Source: a virus
Taxonomy: Duplodnaviria > Caudoviricetes
DNA length: 40,156 bases
Virus record (IMG/VR): IMGVR_UViG_3300017645_000185
Span: 1-40,156 of that record
Direction: 5' to 3' (one strand)
This document shows positions 24,519 through 34,493 of the stretch, piece by piece (the stretch's first letter is position 1; each line of letters starts with the position of its first letter). The notes beneath the pieces were generated by a model. It saw nothing but the letters and a program-made list of their open reading frames with translations. It ran no database searches and had not been told where the DNA came from. A program made the translations under genes and the position numbers.

Positions 24519-25520
24519 ATGGCTTTTGCAAATGCTCAAGTCAGTGACCTGATCGCGACCACCATCGAAAGTCGCTCTCGGGCTCTGGCGGACAACCTGG
24601 AGCACAACAATGCGCTCCTGATGAAGCTGCGCCAGCGCGGCAACATCAAACCCGTATCGGGCGGTACGGAGATCATGGAAGAGATCATGTACGACGACGG
24701 CGACACTTCGTCCGGGTCGTACAGCGAATACGACGTGATCGACATCACCCCCGATTCCCCGATCTCTGCCGCGAAGTACGACTTCAAGCAATACGCGCGT
24801 GCGGTGACGATCAGCGGTATGGACATCGCCAAGAATCGCGGCCGCGAGCAGATGATCGATCTGCTGGCCGGTCGCGTACAGGTGGCCGAGACCAAGCTGC
24901 GCAACGACATTTCGTCCGGCCTGTACGGCGACGGAACGGGCAACAGCGGGAAGGACATCACCGGCCTTCAAGCGGCGATCTCGAATACCCCGACCAGCGG
25001 GACCTATGGCGGCATCGACCGTGCCACATGGGCCTTCTGGCGCAACCAGGTCATTTCCTGCACGTCGGATGTCGGGGCCGCGATGTCGCCCTCGACCATT
25101 CTTCAGGGCATGAATCTACTGGCCCTGGCGTGCGCTCGAGGCACGGACCGGGTCGATCTGATCGTGGCCGACAACGAGGCGTTCAACGCCTATCAGTCGT
25201 CCATCCAGGCGATCCAGCGCGTCACGAATGACACGGGTCAAGGACTGGCGGGGGCTGGTTTCACGTCTCTGAAGTATTTCGGCGCGGGCGCGAACGCGGA
25301 CGTGATCTTCGACGGTGGCATCGGTGGGAACATGCCCTCGAAGACCATGTACTTCATCAACACGCAGTACCTGAAGTATCGCCCGATGCGGGGACGGGAG
25401 TTCGTGCCTCTGGGCAACGACCGCCAATCCGTCAACCAGGATGCCGTGGTTCGTCTGATCGGCTGGTACGGCAATCTGTCGTGCTCGGGCGCTCAGTTCA
25501 ACGGCGTGCTCACGGACTAA
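24519..25520 (+). CDS. Major capsid protein
   Basis: 333 aa, strong RBS; LADN...NNALL and YGDGTG..GK.I.GL motifs; HK97-fold position. Confidence 0.9.
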   Translation: MAFANAQVSDLIATTIESRSRALADNLEHNNALLMKLRQRGNIKPVSGGTEIMEEIMYDDGDTSSGSYSEYDVIDITPDSPISAAKYDFKQYARAVTISGMDIAKNRGREQMIDLLAGRVQVAETKLRNDISSGLYGDGTGNSGKDITGLQAAISNTPTSGTYGGIDRATWAFWRNQVISCTSDVGAAMSPSTILQGMNLLALACARGTDRVDLIVADNEAFNAYQSSIQAIQRVTNDTGQGLAGAGFTSLKYFGAGANADVIFDGGIGGNMPSKTMYFINTQYLKYRPMRGREFVPLGNDRQSVNQDAVVRLIGWYGNLSCSGAQFNGVLTD

Positions 25521-25530
25521 GGAGGAAATC

Positions 25531-25821
25531 ATGGCGAGCATTTTCACCGATACCCCGAAGATCGGGGTGGATCTTCTGAACAAGGTCGAAAGCGGGGACC
25601 AGAGCAATCGCAACTCGCATCGGCTCGGCTCGGAAGTATGGGCGAGTGACGGCAAGCGATACGTGTACGCCGAGGCCGGCGGTTCGATCAGCGCGTCTAC
25701 GGCGACTGTGGACATCGACGACTCGACGTTCGAGGCGACCGGCACGGGCGGCAGCTACAAATCGCCCCCCGTTGCGATGGTGGCGGGGGATCGCGGCTGG
25801 TTCGGCGCGGCTTCCGTCTAA
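25531..25821 (+). CDS. Capsid decoration/cement-like protein
   Basis: AAGGAGG RBS; LGS...ASDGKRYVYAEAG..GDRGWF. Confidence 0.7.
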   Translation: MASIFTDTPKIGVDLLNKVESGDQSNRNSHRLGSEVWASDGKRYVYAEAGGSISASTATVDIDDSTFEATGTGGSYKSPPVAMVAGDRGWFGAASV

Positions 25822-25830
25822 GGAGGTCAT

Positions 25831-26016
25831 ATGCCTACCGATCCGAATCGCTTCATGGCGCTGGGGATGGCTCCGCTACTGGCGACGGAAGTCGCGAAAG
25901 CCATCGATGACGCCAGCGGGGAGCCCGCTGAAATCACGGTCACTCTGACGGGTGACGTGACGGGCACGGGCTCGGGCACGACCGAGATCGAGGTGGAAAC
26001 CACGGTCGCGGGCTAA
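25831..26016 (+). CDS. Small virion-associated protein
   Basis: AAGGAGG RBS; LTGDVTGTG fibre-like motif. Confidence 0.65.
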   Translation: MPTDPNRFMALGMAPLLATEVAKAIDDASGEPAEITVTLTGDVTGTGSGTTEIEVETTVAG

Positions 26017-26034
26017 GCCCTTTGTATCAACCAC

Positions 26035-26067
26035 GAGACGGGGCCTTCGGGTCCCGTTTTTCATTTC
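26035..26067 (+). terminator. Terminator after capsid genes
   Basis: ACGGG..C-TTCG-G..CCCGT followed by a T run. Confidence 0.75.
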
Positions 26068-26089
26068 ATCGGCAACCCGAGGAAATCGC

Positions 26090-26641
26090 ATGTACCAAGA
26101 GAGCAATGCCCTGGTGGAGTTCTTCCGCGATGCGGTGCAGAACAACAAGAAGTCTCAGGACGCCGGCCGTCCGGTTTTCGACGAGAAAGACTTCGTTCGG
26201 ATCCAGGCCCCCGGAGACACGAACACGGTGATTGTCCGGATCGCGACGGATCAGGACAAGAAGCGGTTCCCGAAGTCCTGGAGCGCCTACCAAAACGGCC
26301 TGGATCTGGCCCAGGAAGGCACGCCGCTGGAGCAATGGAATCTGATCTCTCGGTCTCAGACCCTGGAACTGAAGCACCAGGGGATTGCGACCGTGGAAAC
26401 CCTGGCATCGGTCTCCGACGCGAACATTCAGAAGTTCGGGCCCGGGTTCATGCAACTGCGCAACAGCGCAAGACAGTATCTGGAATCGTCCGTGGACCTG
26501 GCGAAGGCTACCCAAGCCGCCCGGGAGCGTGACGAGGCATTCGCACGGATGGCACTCATGCAGGAAGAGATCGACGCGCTGAAAGCGCAGATCGGTGCTC
26601 CCAAGCGTGGCCGTCCGCGCAAGGAACCCGTTGAGGAATAG
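26090..26641 (+). CDS. Phage head-region hypothetical protein
   Basis: GRPVF..I..PGD and GTPLEQW..TVE.LA..SD motifs; KRGRPRK tail. Confidence 0.75.
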   Translation: MYQESNALVEFFRDAVQNNKKSQDAGRPVFDEKDFVRIQAPGDTNTVIVRIATDQDKKRFPKSWSAYQNGLDLAQEGTPLEQWNLISRSQTLELKHQGIATVETLASVSDANIQKFGPGFMQLRNSARQYLESSVDLAKATQAARERDEAFARMALMQEEIDALKAQIGAPKRGRPRKEPVEE

Positions 26642-26646
26642 CGCAA

Positions 26647-29067
26647 ATGCAGCGTTACTACGATAGCGTCCTGGTGCAAGGGGCCAGTGGTGGCCTACAG
26701 CCATATCCGCAGGCTCAGGTGTCTGTGTTTGTAGCCGGGACGAGCACGCTGGCAACGCTGTATTCGAACAATACTGGAGCGACCCAGCAGAATCCATTCC
26801 GTTCGACCGAGCAGGGCGTTATTGCCTTCTATGCCGAGGATGGCCGCTACGACATTGAGGTAAAGGCGGCAGGCTTCACGTCGGTCAAGGTCCGGGACAT
26901 TCTGCTAGAAGACGCTATCGATGAAGGGTACCTGAAAGAGCCTGACATAGAGGTCAAGGACGGGGTTATCGACCCCCCTGCGGGCTGGGAGGACGTGCCG
27001 TCAGTAGGCAAAGCTGACGGGGTGGGCGGTCTGAACGCTCAAGCTTTGGCGCTGGTTGCGCGAGACAAGGAGACACTTCGCCGCCTAGCCGACGCCACCG
27101 ACCCCAGCAATGGGGCGGGGATGGTGGCGTTTAGGCAATCGGGCTCCGGATCTCAAGCTCGCCCGTTGGCCGAAAAGGTTGGCGAGACGTCACTGAGTAT
27201 CACTGACTATATGACTGAGGAGGCGCGGGAAGACATTCATAGCGGCAATGCCGAGATGGATCATTCCGAAGCCGTGCAAGCTGCTCTGGACGCGGCGTAT
27301 ACCCTAGGCGGGCGCACGGTCAAAGTTCCGTCTGGATCGCTCATCCGCCATGATTCTCCACTCAGACTGCGCCCCGGAGTGTCGATAGAGGTTGAGGGCA
27401 ATGGTGGCCGGTTTCGAGACGACCCTGCGGAGGTGTCGTGGGATTATCGTGGCGCTGATTACGCCTTTTACAACGATGAAATGCTCGGCCCGGTGAATCT
27501 CATTCTGGGCGAGATCAATTTCGACAACAACGAAAGTCCATCCGGGACAGTAGATGGCGTTAAGTTTATCGCTGGGATCACTGACTGTTATATCGATGTC
27601 GCCATCAAGGTCAGTACCGCAACCAACAATGGCGTGGTCATTTGTGGCAAGAATCCGATTACAGACGAAGCGAATAACAATCAGTACCGGAACCGACTGC
27701 TGGTTAAGACTGGCGGGGAGATCGAGGCGCCCGGTGTGGCGCTATGGCTGCAAAGCGACGACACGGTAAACAGTCGATGCAATGCCAACACTATCGTCGC
27801 AGGTACCAGGTTTGACGCGTTTGCGACCGGCTGGCGCGTTTGCGGAAATGGCAACACCGTCGAGGGCATGACAGTCAATGGTCCATGCTCCAACACCATG
27901 ATCCATGCGGAAGGCAACAACACCTTCGGCAACACCGTATACGGTCTATACAACGACGCCAATGCCACAGGCTACATGGTGACGCTCGACAATAAGGCCG
28001 CTACCGATCGGATGCTGCTCCAGATCATCAATCCGGTGAATCACATTGCCCTGGAAAATATCCAGGATATCTCTACTGGTAGCGGGAATGCTTATTTGGG
28101 AGTTCTGCAAGCATCCCTTAGCGGTGGTCTTGCCCAAGGGCAACCGCGCTATACCACCTTCGCGCCAGGCAGAGAGCGGAACTGGATATTCAACCTTACG
28201 GACATGCTTTCGGGTGGGCGCGTCTGCTTCGGAAACAGCGCCTTGGCAAACCAGGCTGTGCGGACAACTGCCGCGGTGTCGGGGTCGGCCACGCAGGAGG
28301 GTGTCCATGTCGGGACTGTCTATGGCTCCGACGCCACTTCTGCCATAGGCGGAGTTGTCACGACTCTGACGGGAGGCAACTCGGGATCGGCCTACACCAC
28401 CTCCATCGTTGCGCTCCTGCGAGCCCAATCGTTCAACTCGGGGACGAACCAGACAGTCACGAATCTGTACGGTGCGCGAATCGATGCTCTTGGCGGGGCG
28501 ACCAATGTCTACGGCGTGTGGAGTGCCATTGCGGATGGTGCCAACTGCTGGAACTTCTACGCCTTCGGGGATGCTCCGAACCGATTCCAGGGCACGATCA
28601 CGACCGTGGGCAGCTACAACGCTACCACCAGCAACGATGCCAACGTCAACATTGCCGGCAATGGACTGTTGCAGCGCTCGACCTCCTCGATCCGCTACAA
28701 GCGCGATGTCGAGGACATGGACGACTCGCGCGCTGATGCTCTGCTTGATCTGCGCCCGGTCTGGTATCGATCGAAGTGTGAGGGAGACCGGCCGGACTGG
28801 TCCTGGTACGGCCTGATTGCGGAGGAAGTCGCACAGGTCGATCCTCGCCTCGTTCATTGGGGACACCCCATGAAAGAGGTTGAGCAGGAGATCGATAAAT
28901 GCGATGCAGACGGCAATGTGATCGGCGTTGAAAAGGTCAACGTAACCGTGCCCGATACCGATGCGCCTTTGCAGGCCGAGGGTGTTCAGTACGCGCGATT
29001 GGTGGTGCCTTTGTTGAATCTCGTCCGGCGTCTTGAGGCTCGGATTTCAGCTCTGGAGTCCAACTAA
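26647..29067 (+). CDS. Tailspike with beta-helix and C-terminal S74 intramolecular chaperone
   Basis: DHSEAVQAALDAA..GG.TV.VP pectate-lyase-like cap; TSSIRYKRDV..LRPV.Y..GLIAEEV..VQYARLVVPLL. Confidence 0.85.
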   Translation: MQRYYDSVLVQGASGGLQPYPQAQVSVFVAGTSTLATLYSNNTGATQQNPFRSTEQGVIAFYAEDGRYDIEVKAAGFTSVKVRDILLEDAIDEGYLKEPDIEVKDGVIDPPAGWEDVPSVGKADGVGGLNAQALALVARDKETLRRLADATDPSNGAGMVAFRQSGSGSQARPLAEKVGETSLSITDYMTEEAREDIHSGNAEMDHSEAVQAALDAAYTLGGRTVKVPSGSLIRHDSPLRLRPGVSIEVEGNGGRFRDDPAEVSWDYRGADYAFYNDEMLGPVNLILGEINFDNNESPSGTVDGVKFIAGITDCYIDVAIKVSTATNNGVVICGKNPITDEANNNQYRNRLLVKTGGEIEAPGVALWLQSDDTVNSRCNANTIVAGTRFDAFATGWRVCGNGNTVEGMTVNGPCSNTMIHAEGNNTFGNTVYGLYNDANATGYMVTLDNKAATDRMLLQIINPVNHIALENIQDISTGSGNAYLGVLQASLSGGLAQGQPRYTTFAPGRERNWIFNLTDMLSGGRVCFGNSALANQAVRTTAAVSGSATQEGVHVGTVYGSDATSAIGGVVTTLTGGNSGSAYTTSIVALLRAQSFNSGTNQTVTNLYGARIDALGGATNVYGVWSAIADGANCWNFYAFGDAPNRFQGTITTVGSYNATTSNDANVNIAGNGLLQRSTSSIRYKRDVEDMDDSRADALLDLRPVWYRSKCEGDRPDWSWYGLIAEEVAQVDPRLVHWGHPMKEVEQEIDKCDADGNVIGVEKVNVTVPDTDAPLQAEGVQYARLVVPLLNLVRRLEARISALESN

Positions 29068-29801
29068 TGCCAATCATCCTACCCGGCCCGATACCGGCGC
29101 AGCCTACTACGCTGCAAACCTTCATCGCTGACCTATGCCTTGAGCTTGGCCTGACTGCGCCCAACCGAATAGTCGGCTCGGCCGATCCGCAGATCCTTCA
29201 GATGCTGGCGCTCTCTAACCGACTCGGCAATGACCTGGTTCGGGAATACGAGTGGCAACAACTGACGGTGGTGGCGAACATCACGACCGTTTCCGGGCAA
29301 GTGCGCTATCAGCTTCCGAATGACTGGAATCGCCAGATCCCGCAGACGGAGTGGAACCGCAGCACGCATTGGCCCATGATCGGGCCTTTGTCCTCCCAGT
29401 CCTGGGAGACGTTCAAGGGGTCCTACGTCAGCGCCTGCGTGGAGACGTTGTTCCGCATCCAGGGCGGGGACGTTGTGCTCCTGAACGCTCCTCCTGACGG
29501 CGAAACCCTGGCGTTCGAGTACATATCGAAAAACTGGGTGGTGGGTCCGAGCGGCGAGCACTACAACCGCTTCCTGAGCGACGAGGATACCTTCCTGTTC
29601 GATGAGAACCTTATGAAAGAGGGGCTCAAACTTCGCTGGAGGAAGGCAAAGGGTCTCCCATACGACGACGAAGACTACAAGCGACTGCTTGAGGCCTGCA
29701 AGGGACAGAACAAGTCCGCTCCGGCTTTGCGGCTCAGTTCGACGCTGGGGCGCCGTTTCCTGAATAACTGCAATATCCCCGATGGCAACTGGAACGCGTA
29801 G
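29067..29801 (+). CDS. Head-tail adaptor (tail tubular A/gp4-like)
   Basis: W..L..Y.LP.DW and FEY.S..WV motifs; position in operon. Confidence 0.7.
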   Translation: MPIILPGPIPAQPTTLQTFIADLCLELGLTAPNRIVGSADPQILQMLALSNRLGNDLVREYEWQQLTVVANITTVSGQVRYQLPNDWNRQIPQTEWNRSTHWPMIGPLSSQSWETFKGSYVSACVETLFRIQGGDVVLLNAPPDGETLAFEYISKNWVVGPSGEHYNRFLSDEDTFLFDENLMKEGLKLRWRKAKGLPYDDEDYKRLLEACKGQNKSAPALRLSSTLGRRFLNNCNIPDGNWNA

Positions 29802-31344
29802 AGGCCTTCGCCGCGACGGTAACCAGACCGGGCGCTCGAAGACGATTCCTGCTCCTGTTGGAGGTCTGAACGATCGGGATGCGCTGGCTGACATGCCGGA
29901 GAAGGATGCGGTCATTCTTGAAAACTGGTGGCCGCAGCCGTCGAAGCTAGTTGTGCGATCTGGGTCTGTGGATTGGGCTACCGGGTTCGAGGGTCCAGTA
30001 GAGACGATAGTGGAGTATTGCCCCACGGATGGCTTGAACGAACTGTTCGCCGCGAGCGCGGGTGATATCTACGACATCACGGCTTCGGGAGTGGTAGATA
30101 CGCCCGTCGTATCAGGGCAATCGAATGATCGATGGCAAGAGGCCGCGATCACCACGCCTGGGGGTAGTTTCCTGTTTCTGTTCAACGGGCAGGATGATCC
30201 GCTGCTTTACGACGGCACGGATTGGGAGTCGGTCAACGACAGTTCGACCAATGCCATTACCGGGGTGACGACATCCTTGCTGATCCAAGGATGCTTGTTC
30301 AAGAACCGTATCTACATGGTCGAGCGCGACTCCCTTCGGGTGTGGTATCTGCCGACCTCAAGTATTGCGGGGGCGGCGACGGACTTCGATCTCGGGGCGA
30401 TCTTCCGACGTGGAGGATGGCTTGTTGGCATGTACACCTGGACCATCGACGCAGGCGAAGGTGCTGATGATCACGCTGTATTCCTGACGAGCGAGGGCGA
30501 GGTTGCGGTGTACGCTGGAACGGACCCGGAATCTGCTGAAACCTGGAGGCTGGTTGGTCTCTTCTACCTGGGCCAGCCGATAGGCAGGCGATGCGCGGTG
30601 AAAGTCGGCGGGGATCTCATGGTCCTGTGCGAGGCGGGCGTAATGCCGTTGGGTAGGGCGCTCCTATCGAGCAGCATTGATCGTAGGGCAGCGGTCTCGG
30701 ACAAGATCCAGAACAGCGTCAACGTGGCGGTGTACCAGTATCGGCAGAATTTCGGCTGGGAACTATGCATGTTCCCGGAGCAGAATGCCCTGATCCTGAA
30801 CATCCCGGCCGGAGGTGGAAGGAACTTCCAATACGCTCAGAATTCGCTTACCGGGGCGTGGACCAAGTTCACGGGGTGGGATGCGAGGACGGTCAAGACG
30901 ACATCACTGGGCTTATTCTTCGGCGACTCGAATTCTGTAAAGAAGGCTTGGACGGGGAACATCGACGGCCAGAGCATGATCGTCGCGGACGCCCTTCAGT
31001 CATTCCAGGACTTTGGCCTGACGGCGATCAACAAGTACTTCACGATGATCCGGCCGTATGTCTTGTCTGACGGCAATCCATCGATTCTTTACGGAATCAA
31101 CGGGGATTACGTCCCCCAGGAGCCTACCGGGTCGCTGACCTACGCCGATCCGGGTGGAATGGTCTGGGGGCAGATGATATGGGGAGAGATGGTTTGGGGG
31201 GGGTCTATCCGCCCACTATCCGGATGGAACACGGTAGGCGGCGTCTATAACGCGGCAGCCCTTCGCCTGAAGGTGCAAAGCAACATTTCCAATACCGAGT
31301 GGGCCTCGACGAGCTACGTCTTTCAGGTCGCCGGCATTCTCTGA
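29782..31344 (+). CDS. Tail nozzle/DNA stabilisation protein (gp10/tubular B-like)
   Basis: PAPVGGLN.RD...M...DA..L.NW; 520 aa, beta-rich. Confidence 0.75.
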   Translation: MATGTRRGLRRDGNQTGRSKTIPAPVGGLNDRDALADMPEKDAVILENWWPQPSKLVVRSGSVDWATGFEGPVETIVEYCPTDGLNELFAASAGDIYDITASGVVDTPVVSGQSNDRWQEAAITTPGGSFLFLFNGQDDPLLYDGTDWESVNDSSTNAITGVTTSLLIQGCLFKNRIYMVERDSLRVWYLPTSSIAGAATDFDLGAIFRRGGWLVGMYTWTIDAGEGADDHAVFLTSEGEVAVYAGTDPESAETWRLVGLFYLGQPIGRRCAVKVGGDLMVLCEAGVMPLGRALLSSSIDRRAAVSDKIQNSVNVAVYQYRQNFGWELCMFPEQNALILNIPAGGGRNFQYAQNSLTGAWTKFTGWDARTVKTTSLGLFFGDSNSVKKAWTGNIDGQSMIVADALQSFQDFGLTAINKYFTMIRPYVLSDGNPSILYGINGDYVPQEPTGSLTYADPGGMVWGQMIWGEMVWGGSIRPLSGWNTVGGVYNAAALRLKVQSNISNTEWASTSYVFQVAGIL

Positions 31345-31793
31345 TGAACATCAACGGAACCGAGGTCTGCTTCGATGCGGGCCTGGTGGGGCCGTGGGTG
31401 GCGCAAAGAGCCAACATGCAATACATGGCTGACCGCTATACAGCGATAGGCCGGTTCAAGGATGGGAAGCTGGTCGCCGGAGTTCTCTACGAGGACTGCA
31501 ATGGCGCGAACGTTGTATGCCACATCGCCGCAGAGGGGCAATGGGCGAACAAGACGTATATGTGGCTGATCTTCGATTACCCCTTTAACCAGCTAGGGGT
31601 CAAGAGGATCACCACGACAGTGAATCCAGACAACGAGGTTAGCCAACGCTTTACCGAAGATCTGGGGTTCTCCGTGGAGTGCAAATTGAAAGATGCACAC
31701 CCTAAGGGCGATCTTTGGGTATTCCGGATGTTCAGAGACGAATGCAAATGGCTGAGGCTAGGCGATGCGATACGCAAACATAGACATTCCTGA
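31344..31793 (+). CDS. GNAT-family acetyltransferase
   Basis: IFDYPFNQLGVKRIT..V...N..S..F...LGF..E; precedes ejection genes. Confidence 0.85.
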   Translation: MNINGTEVCFDAGLVGPWVAQRANMQYMADRYTAIGRFKDGKLVAGVLYEDCNGANVVCHIAAEGQWANKTYMWLIFDYPFNQLGVKRITTTVNPDNEVSQRFTEDLGFSVECKLKDAHPKGDLWVFRMFRDECKWLRLGDAIRKHRHS

Positions 31794-33147
31794 TCTGCCG
31801 CTGGCAGCGTTCCGCAAGGATGTGCGGGGCCAAGTCCGCCCGCAAGGCGGTAAGGGTGGTGGGACGCCCGATGTTCCAGACTATACGGCGCTCGCCCAGC
31901 AACAGGCCCAATCGAACCTGGACTTGGCGAAGTACGCGACCCAGGCCAACCGCGTCAACCAGTTCACGCCCTATGGGAGCATAACGTGGTCGAATGATCG
32001 AACATTTGACCAGGCCGGCTACGACGCCGCCATGCGTGCGTACAAAAGTGGTGGCGCAACGAATCCCAGCAATTTTTCCTATACCGGCAGGGATCAGGCA
32101 TACGCGCGCGCCTTTGGCGATCCAGTTTATCGGGATGGTCAATGGGGATGGATAGACCCAGGAGGCGGGGATTCCGCTACCCCCACGTTCATCGCCATGC
32201 ATCACCAGCCAGGCGGTGGACCAGGCTCAATTGGTGGGGCAGCCGCACCCAATCCTGCCGACTTCTATTCCAGCGGGGACCAATGGACGCAGAACATGCA
32301 GTTCTCGCCCGAGGTCCAGGCTGTCTACGATCGAGCAATTCAAGGTCTCGGGCAGCAGTATGGGGATGCCCTGGCGGCATACGATCCCACGACGGCGACG
32401 AACCAAGCTACCGATCTCATCCTGTCTAGGGTGAATCCCGAGCTGGATCGTCAGGCCGAGACGCTTCGGTCGCAGTTGACGAACCAGGGGATTGCACAGG
32501 GTTCCGCCGCGTGGAATCGCGCGATGTCGCAGTTCGGCCAGCAGAGGAATGACGCTGTGACGCAAGCCCAGTTGCAGGGGATTGGGTTGGGCATGAACCA
32601 ACAGTCCCAGGCATTCAACCAAGCCTCCTACCTGCGTGGGTTGCCGCTGAACGAGTTGAATACGCTCCTTGGGGGAGGCCAACTCCAATCCGCATCGTTC
32701 CCCGGGTATGCGCAGCAGGCCACTACGGCAGGTCCTGACCTGACTGGCGCGGCCCAAGCCGGGTACAACGCCGAACTCGGGGCTTACAACGCGCAGCAGG
32801 CTCAGAATTCCGGTCTGTTCGGGGGTTTGGGGGGATTGATAGGTGCCGGGATCGGGTATCTGAATCCTGTCTCTGGTTTGTCTAGCTTAGCGAGCGCAGG
32901 ACTGGGGTCGGCTGTTGGGTCTGGAGTGGGTGGCGGTCTAGGAGGCCTTTTCTCGGATGTGCGGCTGAAGACGAACATTCGCCGTATCGGTACAGCGGAC
33001 AACGGACTTCCGATCTACTCCTATCGCTATATCTGGGGTGGGCCAACCCATATCGGGCACATGGCCGACGAGGTAGAAGAACTGTATCCCGATGCCGTTT
33101 CCACGGTCGAGGGATACAAGACCGTGGACTATTCGAAGGTGCACTGA
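31765..33147 (+). CDS. DNA ejection protein 1 with C-terminal S74-like domain
   Basis: GGKGG near N-terminus, NRVNQFTPYGS, Gly-rich hydrophobic segment, FSDVRLKTNI..MADEV..PDAV..VDYS. Confidence 0.8.
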   Translation: MRYANIDIPDLPLAAFRKDVRGQVRPQGGKGGGTPDVPDYTALAQQQAQSNLDLAKYATQANRVNQFTPYGSITWSNDRTFDQAGYDAAMRAYKSGGATNPSNFSYTGRDQAYARAFGDPVYRDGQWGWIDPGGGDSATPTFIAMHHQPGGGPGSIGGAAAPNPADFYSSGDQWTQNMQFSPEVQAVYDRAIQGLGQQYGDALAAYDPTTATNQATDLILSRVNPELDRQAETLRSQLTNQGIAQGSAAWNRAMSQFGQQRNDAVTQAQLQGIGLGMNQQSQAFNQASYLRGLPLNELNTLLGGGQLQSASFPGYAQQATTAGPDLTGAAQAGYNAELGAYNAQQAQNSGLFGGLGGLIGAGIGYLNPVSGLSSLASAGLGSAVGSGVGGGLGGLFSDVRLKTNIRRIGTADNGLPIYSYRYIWGGPTHIGHMADEVEELYPDAVSTVEGYKTVDYSKVH

Positions 33148-34493
33148 TGGCCCAGCAATATCCCCTCGGCATGATGGCTACTGCTTTGTCAGGTAGAGGG
33201 CAACAGTTTGCCGCCCCAACGCTAGCTCCGGACCTTCTTCAGCGCCAACTTGGGTTGCAACAGCGTGCCTCTCTCGCCCAAGGGCTTATCAACCAAGAGC
33301 CTTTGCAGGGGCAAATGGTCTCTGGGCACTACGTGGCGCCGAACCCTTTGCAGGGCTTGGCTCGGGCCCTCCAGATGTACGCTGGGTATAGGGACTTGGC
33401 CGAGCTTCCGAAGGAATACAGCGACCTTCAGAACGCCCAACGCCAACAGGACATGGCGATGTTCGGGCTCGGGGACAGGAATCAGGCAATCGCTCAGGCG
33501 ATGTCTCAAGGCGGTGCGGATGGATCGTCCGTGGGTCAATCAGCCCAAGCGACGGGCCAGCCCATGATGCAACTGCTACCTGGCCAGTCGGCGGAGCAGT
33601 CGTATCGAGCCTATTCGATGCTCGGGCCGCAGGAGTATGCCAAGCAGTTGCTCAAGCTTGGCGCTCCCACGGATACGCAGCGCGACCTTATGGCAGCGGG
33701 AATCCAGCCTGGAAGTCCGGAGTATCAGGCCATTCTCCGATCCAATGCGGCGCGCCCAATGAATGTGGCACCCGGGGGCACATTGTTTGACCCTGTTTCC
33801 CAACGTCCAATCTTCAACGCTCCTCAAGATGGCCGACAAGTACAGTTTGGCCCTCAGGGCGCGCGCGTTGAGCCTGTGCCGGGATGGCTGGAAGCCGAGA
33901 CCGCTCAGGAGCAGGCGAGGGCGCAAGGGCAATCGGCGGGGCGCGTAATCGGCGAATCGGTAGGTAAGACCCTGACTGGCGAGAAGCGTAGAGAGGCAGT
34001 ACAAGCCGCCGCCGGAGTTGATGCCAGCATTGCCCAATTGGGACGACTTAAGGAAACTGCCGAAGCCCTCAAGAACCATCCCGGATTCAAGGGCATCTCC
34101 GGAATCAGTTTCGAACGCCTCAGTGCGGCTGTCCCGGGGACTGCGGCGGCTGACGCGAACGCGCAGTTCACTACGCTGAAGTCCCAGATTGCTCAGAACG
34201 TACTCCAGATGTATCGCCAGATGTCACAGACGGGCGGGGCTGTCGGTCAGGTGTCGAATGCTGAACAGGAGTTGTTTCAGAACAACCTAGCGGCGCTGGA
34301 CAAAGCCCAGTCTCCGAAGGCTATGCGGGAATCTCTGGATCGCATTGCTCGATTCGTGGATGATTCGACCTCAAGATTGAGGTCTGCATATGACCGTGAG
34401 TACGGTACTGGGACGTTTGATTCTCTCATGGGCAACAACGAGCAGCCTGGACAATCGTCCACTGGCGATTATTCCAACCTCTGGGGGGGGTGA
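33147..34493 (+). CDS. DNA ejection protein 2
   Basis: Q/A-rich helical; GQMVSGHYVAP and GAVGQVSNAE motifs. Confidence 0.7.
   Translation: MAQQYPLGMMATALSGRGQQFAAPTLAPDLLQRQLGLQQRASLAQGLINQEPLQGQMVSGHYVAPNPLQGLARALQMYAGYRDLAELPKEYSDLQNAQRQQDMAMFGLGDRNQAIAQAMSQGGADGSSVGQSAQATGQPMMQLLPGQSAEQSYRAYSMLGPQEYAKQLLKLGAPTDTQRDLMAAGIQPGSPEYQAILRSNAARPMNVAPGGTLFDPVSQRPIFNAPQDGRQVQFGPQGARVEPVPGWLEAETAQEQARAQGQSAGRVIGESVGKTLTGEKRREAVQAAAGVDASIAQLGRLKETAEALKNHPGFKGISGISFERLSAAVPGTAAADANAQFTTLKSQIAQNVLQMYRQMSQTGGAVGQVSNAEQELFQNNLAALDKAQSPKAMRESLDRIARFVDDSTSRLRSAYDREYGTGTFDSLMGNNEQPGQSSTGDYSNLWGG

Noticed and set aside
23461-29164. Long minus-strand ORFs over structural genes (e.g. 23461-24270, 26066-26797, 27946-28866)
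   Set aside because: Shadow ORFs typical of high-GC coding DNA; no RBS or motifs
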